Positions 1 through 15,585 of a stretch of DNA of 64,000 bases are shown piece by piece. The notes under the pieces were generated by a model. It did no database searches, had not been told where the DNA came from, and saw only the letters and a program-made list of their open reading frames with translations. Position 1 is the stretch's first letter. The number at the start of each line of letters is the position of its first letter. This DNA comes from Eledone cirrhosa (Eukaryota): assembly GCA_964016885.1 (NCBI GenBank), contig OZ024749.1, positions 54,374,001-54,438,000 on the forward strand, given 5' to 3'. A program made the translations under genes and the position numbers.

Positions 1-79
1 ATACAAAGTTTCAAGGGTGTGTGTGTGGGTGTGTGATACAAAGTTTCAAGGGTGTGTGTTTCTGATCTTCAAGATACAA

Positions 80-290
80 ATTTGTCCAGTGATTCTCTCC
101 TGAGACATTCTAACCATTTGCCTGTAATATCGGAGTTGTGATCTCTCGGAGAAGAAGTGGCTCTATCTGGAGATAATATTGCTACTCTATTTATCGATCC
201 CAAACGATGCAATATATTACATCAGAGTGCAACGAGCCGGAACTGTTCCATACCCTAACCACTCGGCTATGTCACCAATACATTATTATA
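80..290 (-). mobile_element. Degenerate RTE-clade LINE 3' fragment
   Basis: Similar to 49650-49800 (cctgagacattctaaccat...ggagttgtgatctctc). Minus strand reads ERSQLRYYRQMVRMSQER, like the RTE C-terminal 'QLRWxGHVxRM' motif. Confidence 0.55.
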
Positions 291-518
291 TTTATGGTTT
301 TTCAATAGTGAACGAAATTTTGAATTTCTGTTGTGAATTATTAGTGTACTATATAGTTGTTTCAACATTCTCTAAGGTGTGTATATATATATATATACAT
401 ACAGACACACATACACATATATATACAAACGCATTTATGTATGCATGTATGTATATATATATATACATACACACATACATACATGCATGTATATAAACAT
501 ACTTATAAATACACACAC

Positions 519-571
<53 letters not shown>

Positions 572-899
572 TGGTGTAAAATAAATCTATATTATTTCAA
601 TTTATTTTTGTAAAATACACTTGATATATTTCAAATTTTTTTCCTAAAATATATTTATGTTACGTCAAATTTTTTTTTAAGAAATATATATTTAAGATTT
701 AAATTTGGTGAAACACTTATGAGTGTTGACTTTTTTTAGTGACACATTTTATTTTATTTTATTTTTATTTGGAAGATTTATAGAAATATATTTAATTTAT
801 TTGAACTGCAGCGAAATATATTTCACATTTAATTCTTTACTTTTATGAAAATATTTTATTTTATTTCATTTTATCCTGGAGGTTTGCTCTAAATGTATG

Positions 900-942
<43 letters not shown>

Positions 943-1184
943 ATGAAAAAGGTAGTCAGCAGAAATAACAAAGCAAACACAGTACAATGAAGAAATATAT
1001 GTTTGCATGAATGTGTGTATGTATGTGTGTATGTATGTGTGTATGTATGTGTGTATGAATGTGTGTATGAATGTGTGTATGAATGTGTGTATGTATATAT
1101 ACATATATACATGTTTGTGTGTGTACACACACACAAAGTATATGAATATATACAAAGAGAGAGAGGGGGAGGGAATGTCGACTA

Positions 1185-1320
1185 GATCGACACCAGTATA
1201 TTACTGGTGCTTTATTTTATCGACCCCGTAAGGATGAAAGGTAAAGCTAACCTCGGCAGGATTTGAACTCAGAACTTAAAAAGCTGTAACTATGTGCCAC
1301 AAAACGTGATGTCCGATAAG
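1185..1320 (-). mobile_element. tRNA-derived SINE family A, partial copy
   Basis: tttattttatcgaccccgtaaggatgaaagg...ggatttgaactcag, the reverse complement of the family core and B box. A second partial copy lies at about 1480-1578. Confidence 0.75.
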
Positions 1321-1455
1321 ATTGCTGTTGGGGTCTTGGGGCCAGTCTCAAAATATATTGAGAGGGACATAAAGACAATAGAATGTCCAGTTGAGACTAT
1401 TGGAAAACATTTGTCTCCTTGACACGGCCGGCATTATCAGGAAAATATTAGATTA
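1321..1455 (+). mobile_element. Decayed 3' end of an R4/Dong-like (RLE) non-LTR element
   Basis: Reads IAVGVLGPVSK, then after a frameshift LENICLLDTAGIIRKILD, resembling the 'IGALG...LLGTARIIRKVL' C-terminus of R4/Dong-type ORFs. Confidence 0.45.
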
Positions 1456-1900
1456 TTAAAAAGAACAAATATGTGTTTCTACTTTTAGCACAAGACCAGC
1501 AATCATCCCAGTGTATTACTGGTACTTTATTTTATCGACCCCGTAAGGATAAAAGGCAAAGTTAACCTCGACGGGATATTATGGTACCATAAGCTGCAGG
1601 TAGCAAGACCAATACTCCTGCAAGAATCTAGGAGTTCTAAGAAAATATGAGATAAAGAAAAAGTGTTTCATTGTTATTGCTACAAAGGTGACGAACGAGG
1701 AGAATACGACAATATAAACATTGGAATGTACTTTGTATTTATAGCCACGAAACCTTTTACTAATGCAAAAATGAGTCAAACTATTAATACAAATATATAT
1801 ATATACATGTGTGTGTACGTGTGTGTGTACATGCGTGTATTTAATGTACATGTGTGAGCTCGTGTGCGCGCATGAATGGGTGAATATGTATGTGTGCCTA

Positions 1901-1965
<65 letters not shown>

Positions 1966-2331
1966 TTATATTTATATATATATATATATGCATTATGATA
2001 AGATTGTCGTATATGGATATTGATTCTATCTTTTGCATGTAGAACTATCAAGAAATATATATCGTTGACAGTTGAATGTTATCTGGGATGAAGAAAAATG
2101 TTGAATACACAGCCATATACATATATACACATATATACACAGCCATACACATGTACATATATATATATACACACAGCCATACGCATCTACACACATATAC
2201 ACACAGCCACATACATGGTGAGAGAGGGTAAGAGAGGGAGAGAGAGATAAAGGGGAGAGAGATAGAGAACCACATACACATACAAACGCGCGCATAAACA
2301 ATCAGAAAAGTATATATATACACACACACAC

Positions 2332-2366
<35 letters not shown>

Positions 2367-2559
2367 TGTATACACACATATATCTATGTATACACACATA
2401 TATATATGTATGTATACACACACACATATATATATATATATATATGTATACACACACATATATATATATATATGTATACACACACACATATATATATATA
2501 TATGTATACACACACACATATATATATATATATATATGTATACACACACATATATAAAT

Positions 2560-2590
<31 letters not shown>

Positions 2591-3031
2591 ATTATATATA
2601 CACTTACCAGCATAGCAGTGTAGTGTATATATAATTGTGTGGCGTAGATTGACGATGTATATTTGAAAATATTCCATGTCAGTCACATCTTATTATCATG
2701 GCAAAGAAGCAGACGCGGCGTTCGTATTGATAGGGTTAGCTTTTTAGATATGTATGAGGTTATGTTGACACAAGTGACACCTTTCAATTGCAATGTCATC
2801 TTGATATTACAACAGGACAATTGGATCTGCTGCTTTTTAACTCTGACGACGTTAAGCTGCAGATAACAAACGGAACGGACAAGAAGAAATTCTCTACATA
2901 CACATATATATATCTGTATGTGTGTGTAGGCCTGTGTGCATATGTTTCTGTGTGTGTATGTGTGTGTGACGTTAAGCTGTAGATAAACGGAACGGACAAG
3001 AAAAAATTATCTACATGTGTGTGTATGCATA

Positions 3032-3091
<60 letters not shown>

Positions 3092-3093
<2 letters not shown>

Positions 3094-3169
3094 AGGTGTC
3101 CCAAAACAATGTATACATATATTTATTAGGATGCTGTTGAAGTGTGTATACATTTTTGGAGACATCCTG
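3092..3169. mobile_element. Short Tc1/mariner-type MITE (ca(a/g)ggtgtcc ends)
   Basis: Imperfect TIRs caaggtgtcccaaaa...tttttggagacatcctg. Homologous copies at about 6927-7044 and 38792-38869. Confidence 0.6.
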
Positions 3170-4012
3170 TTTATAAAAGACTTTCATAGGTTTCCGCGAT
3201 CAGTGTTCCAGTAGTTCGATCAACCGTAAAACCTTTTGCAATATTTTCTACTACTGTTGTGTAACTATACTTCTCAGGGAGATTCAATCTGGTCTAGTGT
3301 GTGACACTGCTGGCCCCCTGAATTACTGGTACAACTTATATATTTATCTAGTCATTAATAAAACTTTGTGTTTGTTTTATGGAATATCTTGTTTATGGTG
3401 CGATATCCTGAAACAATTGTTTCGATACAAAACTGAACTGTGGTTAATTTACTCTTTAAATTGTTCCCTATAATTATATCGATTAGGCTACATATGGTCC
3501 CATAACATCGACTTTATATATAGTCCCATAACATCGACTAGGTCTGTGAAAGGGGGATAGAGGAAAGGGAGAGAAGCGAGGGAACTTGGCAGGTTAAATT
3601 AAATATATAGATGTGTAAAAGCGCTACATAACTGCGTGTGTGTTTGTGTGTGTGTGTATATATGTGTGTGTGTGTGTGTCTAAATAACTGCTTTCATTGC
3701 ACCATTTTTATGTTGACTGGAAAATAAAATTCCAATACAATATATTGAGTTCTTCATAGACTAATGATAGATTGGGATCGCCTTGATAAATATAAATCGT
3801 ACAGATATTGTTCATAAACGATTTTATATTGTGATTTCTATTGATCTTTCCATCTGATATTCTGATCGGTACATTATCGATATTTATTGATTTAGTATTT
3901 TATTTAGATATTTGTAAAAGCATAAATGAAATATTAAATGCAGTGCCGTCCATATGTCATGTAGGGCCATATGTCATGTGACTTTATAAAGCCAAGTAGG
4001 ACTAGAATATTT

Positions 4013-4437
4013 GTGTTGGTCTTGTTTGCTGGTGGTGGTGTTGGTGGTGTTGTTGGTGGTGGTGTTGGTGGTAGTGTTGGTGTTGTTGGTGGTGGTGTTG
4101 GTGGTGGTGTTGATGGTAGTGTTGGTGGTGGTGTTGGTGGTGTTCGTGTTGGTGGTGTTGATGGTAGTGTTGGTGTTGTTGGTGGTGGTGTTGTTGGTGT
4201 TGTTGGTGGTAGTGTTGGTGTTGTTGGTGGTGGTGTTGGTGGTGTTGATGGTAGTGTTGGTGTTGTTGGTGGTGGTGTTGTTGGTGTTGTTGGTGGTAGT
4301 GTTGGTGTTGTTGGTGGTGGTGGTGGTGTTGGTGTTGGTGGTGGTGGTGTTGGCGGTGGTGTTGGCGGTGGTGGTGTTGGCGGTGGTGTTGGCGGTGGTG
4401 GTGGTGGTGGTGTTGGCGGTGGTGTTGTTGGTGTTGT
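4013..4437. repeat. (GGT/GTT)n trinucleotide microsatellite
   Basis: Seen directly; source of the poly-Gly/Val and His/Gln pseudo-ORFs. Confidence 0.95.
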
Positions 4438-5298
4438 GTGAGAGAAAGTGAGTGAATGTGAGTGAGAGAGTGAGTGAATGTGAGTGAGAGAGTGAGTGAA
4501 TGTGAGTGAGAGAGTGAGTGAATGTGAGTGAGAGAGTGAATGAATGTGAGTGAGAGAGTGAGTGAGTGAGTGAATGTGAGTGAGAGAGTGAGTGAATGTG
4601 AGAGAGTGAGTGAATGAATGTGAGTGAGAGAGTGAATGAATGTGAGTGAGAGAGTGAGTGAGAGAGTGAGTGAGTGAATGTGAGAGAGTGAGTGAATGAA
4701 TGTGAGAGAGTGAGTGAATGAATGTGAGTGAGAGAATGAATGAATGTGAGTGAGAGAGTGAGTGAATGTGAGAGAGTGAGTGAATGAATGTGAGTGAGAG
4801 AATGAATGAATGTGAGTGAGAGAATGAATGAATGTGAGTGAGAGAGTGAGTGAATGTGAGTGAGAGAGTGAGTGAATGTGAGAGAGTGAGTGAATGTGAG
4901 TGAGAGAGTGAATGAATGTGAGTGAGAGAGTGAATGAATGTGAGTGAGAGAGTGAATGAATGTGAGTGAGAGAGTGAGTGAATGTGAGAGAGTGAGTGAA
5001 TGAATGTGAGTGAGAGAGTGAATGAATGTGAGTGAGAGAATGAATGAATGTGAGTGAGAGAGTGAGTGAATGTGAGAGAGTGAGTGAATGTGAGTGAGAG
5101 AGTGAATGAATGTGAGTGAGAGAGTGAATGAATGTGAGTGAGAGAGTGAATGAATGTGAGTGAGAGAATGAATGAATGTGAGTGAGAGAGTGAGTGAATG
5201 TGAATGTGAATGAGAGTGAATGTGAATGAGAGTGAGAGTGAGAGAGAATGAGAGAGTGTGTGAATGTGAGTGAGAGAGTATGAATGTGAGTGAGTGAG
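4438..5298. repeat. Compound GAGT/GAAT/GA satellite
   Basis: Units such as gtgagtgagagagtgagtgaat repeated with variation. Confidence 0.95.
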
Positions 5299-5990
5299 TT
5301 TCTTTTTTCTCGGTTCAACAATTAATGGAAGAAACTGACAGATTTCTCTTGTCGTTTTGTAGACAGTGTAATCAGCGCCACCTACTTTAATTATTAAATG
5401 CAGTGTAAATGAGACTGTAACTGTTTATATATAACCACCTTTGGCGCTATCTTTCAGCCATTTGCCTAAAATGGCCACCATTACAAGCTATAAGTATCTC
5501 TCATTCGACCTGCTTAACTTAATAAACATCGAATTTGTCTTCCAAGCAAAATTATTCAAGTGGAAAATTTAGAACTTCAGTAAATCTATTAAATGGTTGA
5601 CTTGCTCCGCCACCCCTACCTCTCCCTCCACTTTCTCTACCTCTTTTTCTTCTCTTTCTTTGGTCTACTTTCATCTTCCACCTCTTCTACTACTACTACT
5701 ACATCGTCTACTCCTGCTACTCCTCCTTTCCCAGTTCTCCATTTTCGTCAACGTTTTCTACTTCTCATCATTATCACCACCACCATCATCACCATCACTA
5801 CCACCACCACCATTATCACCACCACCAACATCACCATCACCACCACCACCATCATCATCTATATAGCCACTGTCTTCAATCTCGCTACCATCATCATCAT
5901 TGTTACCATATCCACATTATCATCTTTATCGTCTTCATCGTTGTGTGAGGGAGAGAGTGTGTGTATGGATATATGTATGTGTGAGTAAGG

Positions 5991-6043
<53 letters not shown>

Positions 6044-6502
6044 TGTGTGTGTGTGTGAGTGTTTTTTTACTTTCTTTACATCATTATTCATTACTTCCCA
6101 CTAATATATTTTTTGTAAACATTCTCATTCATATCCCCAAACAGTAGTAGTAGTAACAGCAGCAGTAGCAGTAGTAGCAGCAGCAGTAGCAGTAGTAGCA
6201 GCAGCAGTAACAGCAGTTCAGGACAGACCAAACGAAAAATAGTAAAATAAAAAACAGTAAAACAAACAATTATATGAAAAAACAAAACAAGCTAAAGTAG
6301 GATTGAATAATTTATATTGTGTTGAAAGTCAAACAGACTGAATAATTGGTAAAACGGTTTATTAGGGAGGTGGAGAGGTAGCACTCATTGCTGGGGTAGT
6401 TTAGAACTTAATAATAATGATAATAAACCTTTCACAATATCTTTTGAAGTTTCGAGAAGTTAGAATGGGGAACTGGTATATAACACACACAATATATAAA
6501 TA

Positions 6503-6892
6503 CGAGAGTAATCCCAAAAGTAATGTCTCCAAAGCGATGGGGACGCAGAGAAACTCGTACGGCTGTTGGCAACACTGTTGTGATTGGTGCTTCCTTCACT
6601 CCCAAACAAGCATGCGCGCGCTTCGCTGGGATGCTCACTCTTGGCTTGGCAAGCCGTTGAGAATGGAGCTCCCGTTGAACGCTACCGCCAAGTGCGAATT
6701 TCGCGCAGTTATTATATAGAGGGCAATCCCAAAAGTAAGATCTCCTTCCGAGGAAAACATGCGTAAAGATCGGCGGATCACTCTGGATGCTCTCTGAATT
6801 TTGGTTCCTGAGGTTTCCCGAAGCACCAACCACAGGATTTTAACGGAAAAGTTGCAAAATCGGAAGGAGACCTTACTTTTGGATTGCCCTCG
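6503..6892 (+). mobile_element. Mariner deletion derivative / MITE with an extra internal TIR copy
   Basis: TA-flanked TIRs cgagagtaatcccaaaagtaatgtctcc / ggagaccttacttttggattgccctcg. Internal MELPLNATAKCEFRAVI resembles a mariner transposase N-terminus. Third TIR copy at about 6718-6745. Confidence 0.8.
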
Positions 6893-7247
6893 TATATATA
6901 TATATATATATACATATATATACACACAAAGAGTGTCCAAAAAAACGTATACACACTTCAACAGCATTCTAATAAATATTGCCTGTACAGATAATCAAAG
7001 TGTGTATACATTTTTTCGGGGGGGGGGGGGGGGGGGGGACCCTGTATATATGTATACAAGTGTGTATATATATTGAGAAACGCTGCTCTAAACACATTGT
7101 TTAAGTTTCTAATCATTTAAAAATAAAATATTTCATTTTAAACTTTTGATATCATCGATATTAAATTGGATAAAGATACTCCTGGTTCTAATTCTTGTAA
7201 ATTTGAAGCAGTGTCTTCCGTTAGAAATACGGTTCTATGATGCAAAG

Positions 7248-7292
<45 letters not shown>

Positions 7293-8097
7293 GTGTTTAT
7301 ATTTATCTAAAAATCTTCCAGCGTGGTTTTATGTAAGAAACTGTTAAGTTATGTTCCAGACACCAGATTGATAACGAAAATAACACGAAATTCTTGTATA
7401 TTTTAGGCAATGTATTTTGCTAGGAATATGGTAAATCAAGAGTTAAAGACACTAATTCCAAACATGGCACCAAGACTAGAAATAAACTCTGTTTTGAAAT
7501 GGTGATATATGTAAATATAAAACAGATTCCAGGATTCATATTGGTTTTTCTAAAACAGTTTCAAAACTCCATTTAAAAAAGAAACAAGTGAAGTTAAACG
7601 TTATTTAAACACAACCCAACATTTTTAAAAATAAATTTCGTTTATTAGCATTACTGAAAAAAACTCTTTAATGTCGTATTTCTACATGAGAATATCAATT
7701 CTTATTGAAATAACTTCGACACCAAAATTAATGTTTATTTGAAGCAGGGATCGGGGCTGTTGATTAAAATAATTTTAACTAAAAATGAAAACGTGTGGAC
7801 CTCCCTTTATTTTTTTATTTAATTTTATTTAATTTAATTTTACTTTATTTGGCCGGGGGGGGGGGGGGTGGAGGGGGAATACTGAAGTTAGAATAAAATG
7901 TAAAGATTTTTTCTAGGAATCTAAGAATTACACAAGACCTTCGTATGCTTCTTTTCTGGGAATAAAGGGCTTCAAATATTTCACAATTCCATTTGAAACG
8001 ATTTAGATTAATTAACAGAACACTTACGTTTGACAATTAACGAAGTAACCAAATAATTTCATTAACAATTGAACACGAATCGTAATTTAATAATAAT

Positions 8098-8222
8098 AAT
8101 TTCTACTTTAGGCACAAGGCCAGCAATTTAAAGGGGAGAGGAAAGTCTATTAAATCGACCCCAGTGCATTACTGGTACTTTATTTTATCGACCCCGTAAG
8201 GATGAAAGGCAAAGTTAACTTT
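8098..8222 (-). mobile_element. SINE family A, 3' half
   Basis: tttctactttaggcacaaggccagcaatt...actggtactttattttatcgaccccgtaaggatgaaagg matches the other copies. Confidence 0.75.
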
Positions 8223-9464
8223 GTGGTTCTACTTACCCTCCTCATCCGACCGTGAGGAAGCAGGTCTAGTCGTCAACCACCAGACCCTGAAAACGGGATC
8301 TAATCTGTTACATGATACCAGTAACAAGCTGAAGCCTGACCTCACCAGAATCATTTACATCTCCTTATTAAACTGGTAAACAAGGTGAACGTTAATTATT
8401 GAACATATTCTGTGACAAATTTCAACACGAGGAACTAAAGCGAGTTATTGTTGGCTCCCATATTACATTTCTTTTACATGAATTTAAAATTGACAAATTA
8501 AAAGTAAAGGCGATATTTGTTTAAGATCAATATCGTTGGCTTCATAAAGAAGGCAATTCAATATCTTCTTTCTCAACTACCGACAACTCAGTCTGATTAG
8601 GAAATTGAATACGACCACAACTGTTTCCGAGGTTCTCAAAGGATTAGCAGTCATTTTAGTTAACAGTTAATAGCGGCTCTGACTGGGCTATAAGCTAAAT
8701 ACGATAACAACACCATTCGTTGAATACTATAATAGCAACTTCAAAGTTCATAAAAAAACAACAGATAATAGGCCATTTTTTTTTCTATTTCAGTTAATGA
8801 CGATTTAGTCAAGATTTTACGTGAAATGCGAATAAACCAGCGATCAAGTTCGGAAAAGTAGTGATCAGACATTTAATTTCTCAATCAAGTACAGTTGTAT
8901 ACAAAACAATAAATACAATAAAAGCCGTTTAAGAGTTCATCAAAAGTGAATTAGCCTCTTTGTTTTCCGATAATAGTGATTTATTATGGTTGGTGGCGTT
9001 TACGTACGTCGAAAACGTGATCGGGCATTTTGGTTTACAGATAATTGGGACTCCAATCTAGTTTCTAATTTTAATGAGGCAAATACTACTAACGGCGAAA
9101 GAAATACTTTGTAATGTAATTCCCTTTATATCTCGGCTAGGAATATTTGTGTTATTCTTACATAAAAGAATCAACATTAGTAGTGAACTACAGACAAATG
9201 TAGCGTCACCCCCCCCCCCCCCCCCTCCTCTTGGTTTTTTCAAATTTTTATTTTTGTAGCAAAAACTGGTGAAAAGATAAAACTTATATTTGATGTTGTA
9301 ATTTTTTTAGAATTAATACTTAAAATATCGCCTAACTTTCCTTTACGGTATTGATTTGAATTCTTCTGATTAGTTGGAAAACTCAAACCTCCGTCTTTCA
9401 GCGATCGAACAACTTAGGCTTTTCTATATTGGAACTTGGACTATGGGAACTGCTTTTTTGGCCA

Positions 9465-9682
9465 CTTATTCCAGGGGAAAGGGTGTCGTGAGGGTAGAGA
9501 CCTCAAACACTCCATACAGCGAAGCCTGTCAGAAGCAACCATCTCCAATTGGTCCGGCTAGATCCCTAAGGGAGACCAGCTACGTTCATGGATGTCATCC
9601 AACCATCTTACTCGGGGTACACCCCTGGGGTCTCCTGTCGGTTGGTTTGGCTCGTAAAATCTGTCCAGCGATTCCTTCCTCG
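9465..9682 (-). mobile_element. RTE-clade LINE 3' fragment
   Basis: Minus strand reads [17 protein letters not shown] / [21 protein letters not shown] (frameshifted 'RxRGRPRxRW' RTE C-terminus). Homologous to 18505-18605 and 49450-49830. Confidence 0.7.
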
Positions 9683-9683
9683 A

Positions 9684-9689
9684 ATATAC

Positions 9690-9726
<37 letters not shown>

Positions 9727-10269
9727 CATATATATACATACATACATATATACATATATATACATATACATACATATATACATATATATACATATACATA
9801 CATATATATACATATACATACATATATATACATACATACATATATACATATACATACATATATATACATACATACATACATATATATACATACATACATA
9901 TATACATATACATACATATATATACATACATACATATATACATATATATACATACATACATATATACATATATATACATACATACATATATACATATATA
10001 TACATACATACATATATACATATATATACATATATATACATACATACATATATATACATATATATACATACATACATATATATACATATATATACATACA
10101 TACATATATACATATATATACATACATACATATATACATATATATACATACATACATATATACATATATATACATACATACATATATATACATATATACA
10201 TACATATATATATATACATACATATATATATACATACATATATATATACATACATATACATATACATAC

Positions 10270-10305
<36 letters not shown>

Positions 10306-11170
10306 ATACACACATATATATATACACACATATATATATACACACATATATATATACACACATATATATATACACACATATATATATACACTTATATATA
10401 TACACATATATATATATACACATATATATATATACACATATACACATATATATATATACACATATACACATATATATACATATACACATATACACATATA
10501 TATACATATATATATATACACATATATATACATATATATACACATATATATACATATATATATATACACATATATATATACATATATATATACATATACA
10601 TATATATACATATATATATACATATATATATACACATATATATATACACATATATACACATATATATACACACATATATATACAATATATATACACATAT
10701 ATATACACATATATATACACATATATATACACATATATACATATATATACATATATATACACATATATATATACATATATACACATACATATATATATAT
10801 ACATATATATACACATATATATATACACATATATATACACATATATACACATATATACACATATATATATACATATATACACATATATATATACATATAT
10901 ACACATACATATATATATATACATATATATACACATATACATATATATATATACATATACATACATACATATATATATACATATATACATACATATATAT
11001 ACATATACATATATATATACATATATACATACATATATATACATATACATATATACATACATACATATACATATATACATACACATATATACATACATAC
11101 ATATACATACATATATATATATATATATACATATACATACATATATATATATACATATACATACATATAT
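9684..11170. repeat. TA/TACA compound microsatellite (about 1.5 kb)
   Basis: Seen directly; abuts the 3' end of the element at 11171. Confidence 0.97.
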
Positions 11171-11578
11171 ATGGTGGCTGCCAACTCGTTTTCGAGTACG
11201 GCCACTACTTTATATCCATGTAGGAGAACCCCTACCGATGCGCTGAACAAGTGTGACTTTTTAGTCCAGCCAGCGACTTGAAAACTCTGGTACAAACACT
11301 ACACCTGTGACAATTATTGACACATAGTGCTGGGCCCATGGTACCATGTGACGACAAGTGCAGAGAGATCTCCAGATATAAAGCAATGCCTGTGCCGTAA
11401 AGCTTTTATAGTGAGCAAAGGCACTGCACAAAACCAGTCCCACTCTCTTAACCAAGATGATATTTACCAAAAACAAGAACAAGTCAACATCATTGGATAC
11501 CATCAGGGTTGCAGGTGTTATATCAGAGTTTTCCTTCTCCTAGAATTCTGCCTTGACAAAGGCTAAGGGGTCATCTCC
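11171..11578 (-). mobile_element. 5'-truncated copy of the bipartite RTE-derived element
   Basis: Near-identical (about a dozen differences) to 13633-14040. Confidence 0.75.
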
Positions 11579-11580
11579 CC

Positions 11581-11783
11581 ATACATATACATACATACAT
11601 ATATATATATATATACATATACATACATACATATATATATATATATACATATACATACATACATATATATATATATATACATATACATACATACATATAT
11701 ATATATATATACATATACATACATACATATATATATATACATACATACATACATACATACATACATACATACATACACATACA

Positions 11784-11849
<66 letters not shown>

Positions 11850-11850
11850 T

Positions 11851-11883
<33 letters not shown>

Positions 11884-11889
11884 TATACA

Positions 11890-11955
<66 letters not shown>

Positions 11956-11956
11956 T

Positions 11957-11989
<33 letters not shown>

Positions 11990-11995
11990 TATACA

Positions 11996-12031
<36 letters not shown>

Positions 12032-12084
12032 TATACATACATACATACATATATATATATATATACATACATATATATATATAT

Positions 12085-12181
<97 letters not shown>

Positions 12182-12196
12182 CATATATATATATAT

Positions 12197-12227
<31 letters not shown>

Positions 12228-12294
12228 CATACATATATATATATATATATATACATACATATATATATATATATACATACATATATATATATAT

Positions 12295-12325
<31 letters not shown>

Positions 12326-12656
12326 CATATACATACATATATATATATACATATACATACATATATATATATACATATACATACATATATATATATACAT
12401 ATACATACATATATATATATACATATACATACATATATATATATACATATACATACATATATATATATACATATACATACATACATATATATACATATAC
12501 ATACATACATATATATATATATATACATATACATACATACATATATATATATATATACATACATACATATATATATATACATATACATACATATATATAT
12601 ATATATACATATACATACATATATATATACATATACATATACATACATATATATAT

Positions 12657-12687
<31 letters not shown>

Positions 12688-12690
12688 CAT

Positions 12691-12721
<31 letters not shown>

Positions 12722-12860
12722 CATATACATACATATATATATATATACATATACATACATATATATATATATACATATACATACATATATATATATATAT
12801 ACATATACATACATATATATATATATATACATATACATACATACATATATATATATACAT

Positions 12861-12893
<33 letters not shown>

Positions 12894-13632
12894 CATATAC
12901 ATACATATATATATATATATATATACATATACATACATATATATATATATATATATACATATACATACATACATATATATATATATATACATATACATAC
13001 ATACATATATATATATATACATATACATACATACATATATATATATATACATATACATACATACATATATATATATATACATATACATACATACATACAT
13101 ATATATATACATATACATACATACATATATATATATATACATATACATACATACATATATATACATATACATACATACATATATATACATATACATACAT
13201 ACATATATATACATATACATACATACATATATATACATATACATACATACATATATATACATATACATACATACATATATATACATATACATACATACAT
13301 ATATATACATATACATACATACATATATATACATATACATACATACATATATATACATATACATACATACATATATATACATATACATACATACATATAT
13401 ATACATATACATACATACATATACATATACATACATACATATATATATATATACATATACATACATACATATACATACATACATACATATATATATACAT
13501 ACATACATACATATATATATACATATACATACATACATATATATATACATATACATACATACATATATATATACATATACATACATACATATATATACAT
13601 ATACATACATACATATATATACATATACATAC
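11581..13632. repeat. TA/TACA compound microsatellite (about 2 kb)
   Basis: Seen directly. Confidence 0.97.
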
Positions 13633-14240
13633 ATGGTGGCTGCCAACTCGTTTTCGAGTACGGCCACTACTTTATATCCATGTAGGAGAACCCCTACCGA
13701 TGCGCTGAACGAATGTGACTTTTTAGTCCAGCCAGCGACTTGAAAACTCTGGTACAAACACTACACTTGTGACAATTATTGACACATAGTGCTGGGCCCA
13801 TGGTACCCTGTGACGACAAGTGCAGAGATCTCCAGATACAAAGCAATGCCTGTGCCGTGAAGCTTTTATAGTGAGCAAAGGCACTGCACAAAGCCAGTCC
13901 CACTCTCTTAACCAAGATGATATTTACCAAAAAGAAGAACAAGTCAACATCATTGGATACCATCAGGGTTGCAGGTGTTATATCAGAGTTTTCCTTCTCC
14001 TAGAATTCTGCCTTGTCAAAGGCTAAGGGGTCATCTCTCCCGGTGATTTTGGATGGCCATTGACTCTTAAGAGCTCCTTTGCCCTTTGACAGGTTTTGTT
14101 TTTAGTCCTGCAGGATGTCCAAAGTCACCCTCCTCACCAAGAAACCTTGGTGGGGTTGCCAGTTTAGTCGCCAACGACCCGACCATGAGACAGGTTGTAC
14201 TGGGATACATGTTACCAGTAGCACCAACTGGTGACCTGAC
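13633..14240 (-). mobile_element. Non-autonomous bipartite RTE-derived element (5'UTR-like part joined to 3' end)
   Basis: Minus strand has an RTE-5'UTR-like segment (gcgactaaactggcaacccc...ggagaaggaaaactctgat), then a C2H2 finger [22 protein letters not shown] typical of RTE/BovB-type C-termini, a short 3'UTR and an (ATGT)n tail. No RT or EN domain. Confidence 0.65.
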
Positions 14241-14388
14241 ATATACATATACATACATACATATATATATACATATACATACATACATATATATACATAT
14301 ACATACATACATCTATATACATATACATACATACATATATATATATATATACATATACATACATATACATACATACATCTATATACAT

Positions 14389-14421
<33 letters not shown>

Positions 14422-14562
14422 CATATACATACATATACATACATACATCTATATACATATACATACATACATATATATATATATATACATATACATACAT
14501 ACATATATATATATATATACATATACATACATACATATATATATATATATACATATACATAC

Positions 14563-14594
<32 letters not shown>

Positions 14595-15403
14595 ATACAT
14601 ATACATACATATATACATATACATACATATATATATATATACATATACATACATATATATATACATATACATACATACATATATATATATATACATACAT
14701 ATATATATACATATACATACATATATATATATATACATATACATACATACATATACATACATATACATATACATACATATACATACATATACATATACAT
14801 ACATATACATACATACATATACATATACATACATACATATATATATATACATATACATACATATATATATATACATATACATACATACATATATATACAT
14901 ATACATACATACATATATATATATATACATATACATACATACATATATATATATATACATATACATACATACATATATATATATATACATATACATACAT
15001 ACATATATATATATATACATATACATACATACATATATATATATACATATACATACATACATATATATATATATACATATACATACATACATATATATAT
15101 ATATACATATACATACATACATATATATATATATACATATACATACATACATATATATACATATACATACATATACATACATACATATATATACATATAC
15201 ATAAAATACATATATATACATATACATACATACATATATATACATATACATACATACATTTATATACATATACATACATACATATATATACATATACATA
15301 CATATATATACATATACATACATACATATATATACATACATACATACATATATACATATACATACATACATATATATATACATATATACATATATATACA
15401 TAT
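14241..15403. repeat. TA/TACA compound microsatellite
   Basis: Seen directly. Confidence 0.97.
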
Positions 15404-15464
15404 AATGCATCCATAATTGACGCGTAGAATAAATAAATACATGTGCAGGTGAGAGTCTGTATGT

Positions 15465-15585
15465 ATGTGTATATATATCTGTGCCGTATGTGTATATATA
15501 TCTGTGCCGTATGTGTATATATATCTGTGCCGTATGTGTATATATATCTGTGCCGTATGTGTATATATATCTGTGCCGTATGTGT
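15465..15585. repeat. About 24-bp tandem repeat (tatatatatctgtgccgtatgtg), about 5 copies
   Basis: Seen directly. Confidence 0.85.

Noticed and set aside
3971-5321. Gly/Val-rich and His/Gln/Ser-rich ORFs
   Set aside because: Simple GGT and GAGT repeats open in several frames, with no splice or domain evidence.
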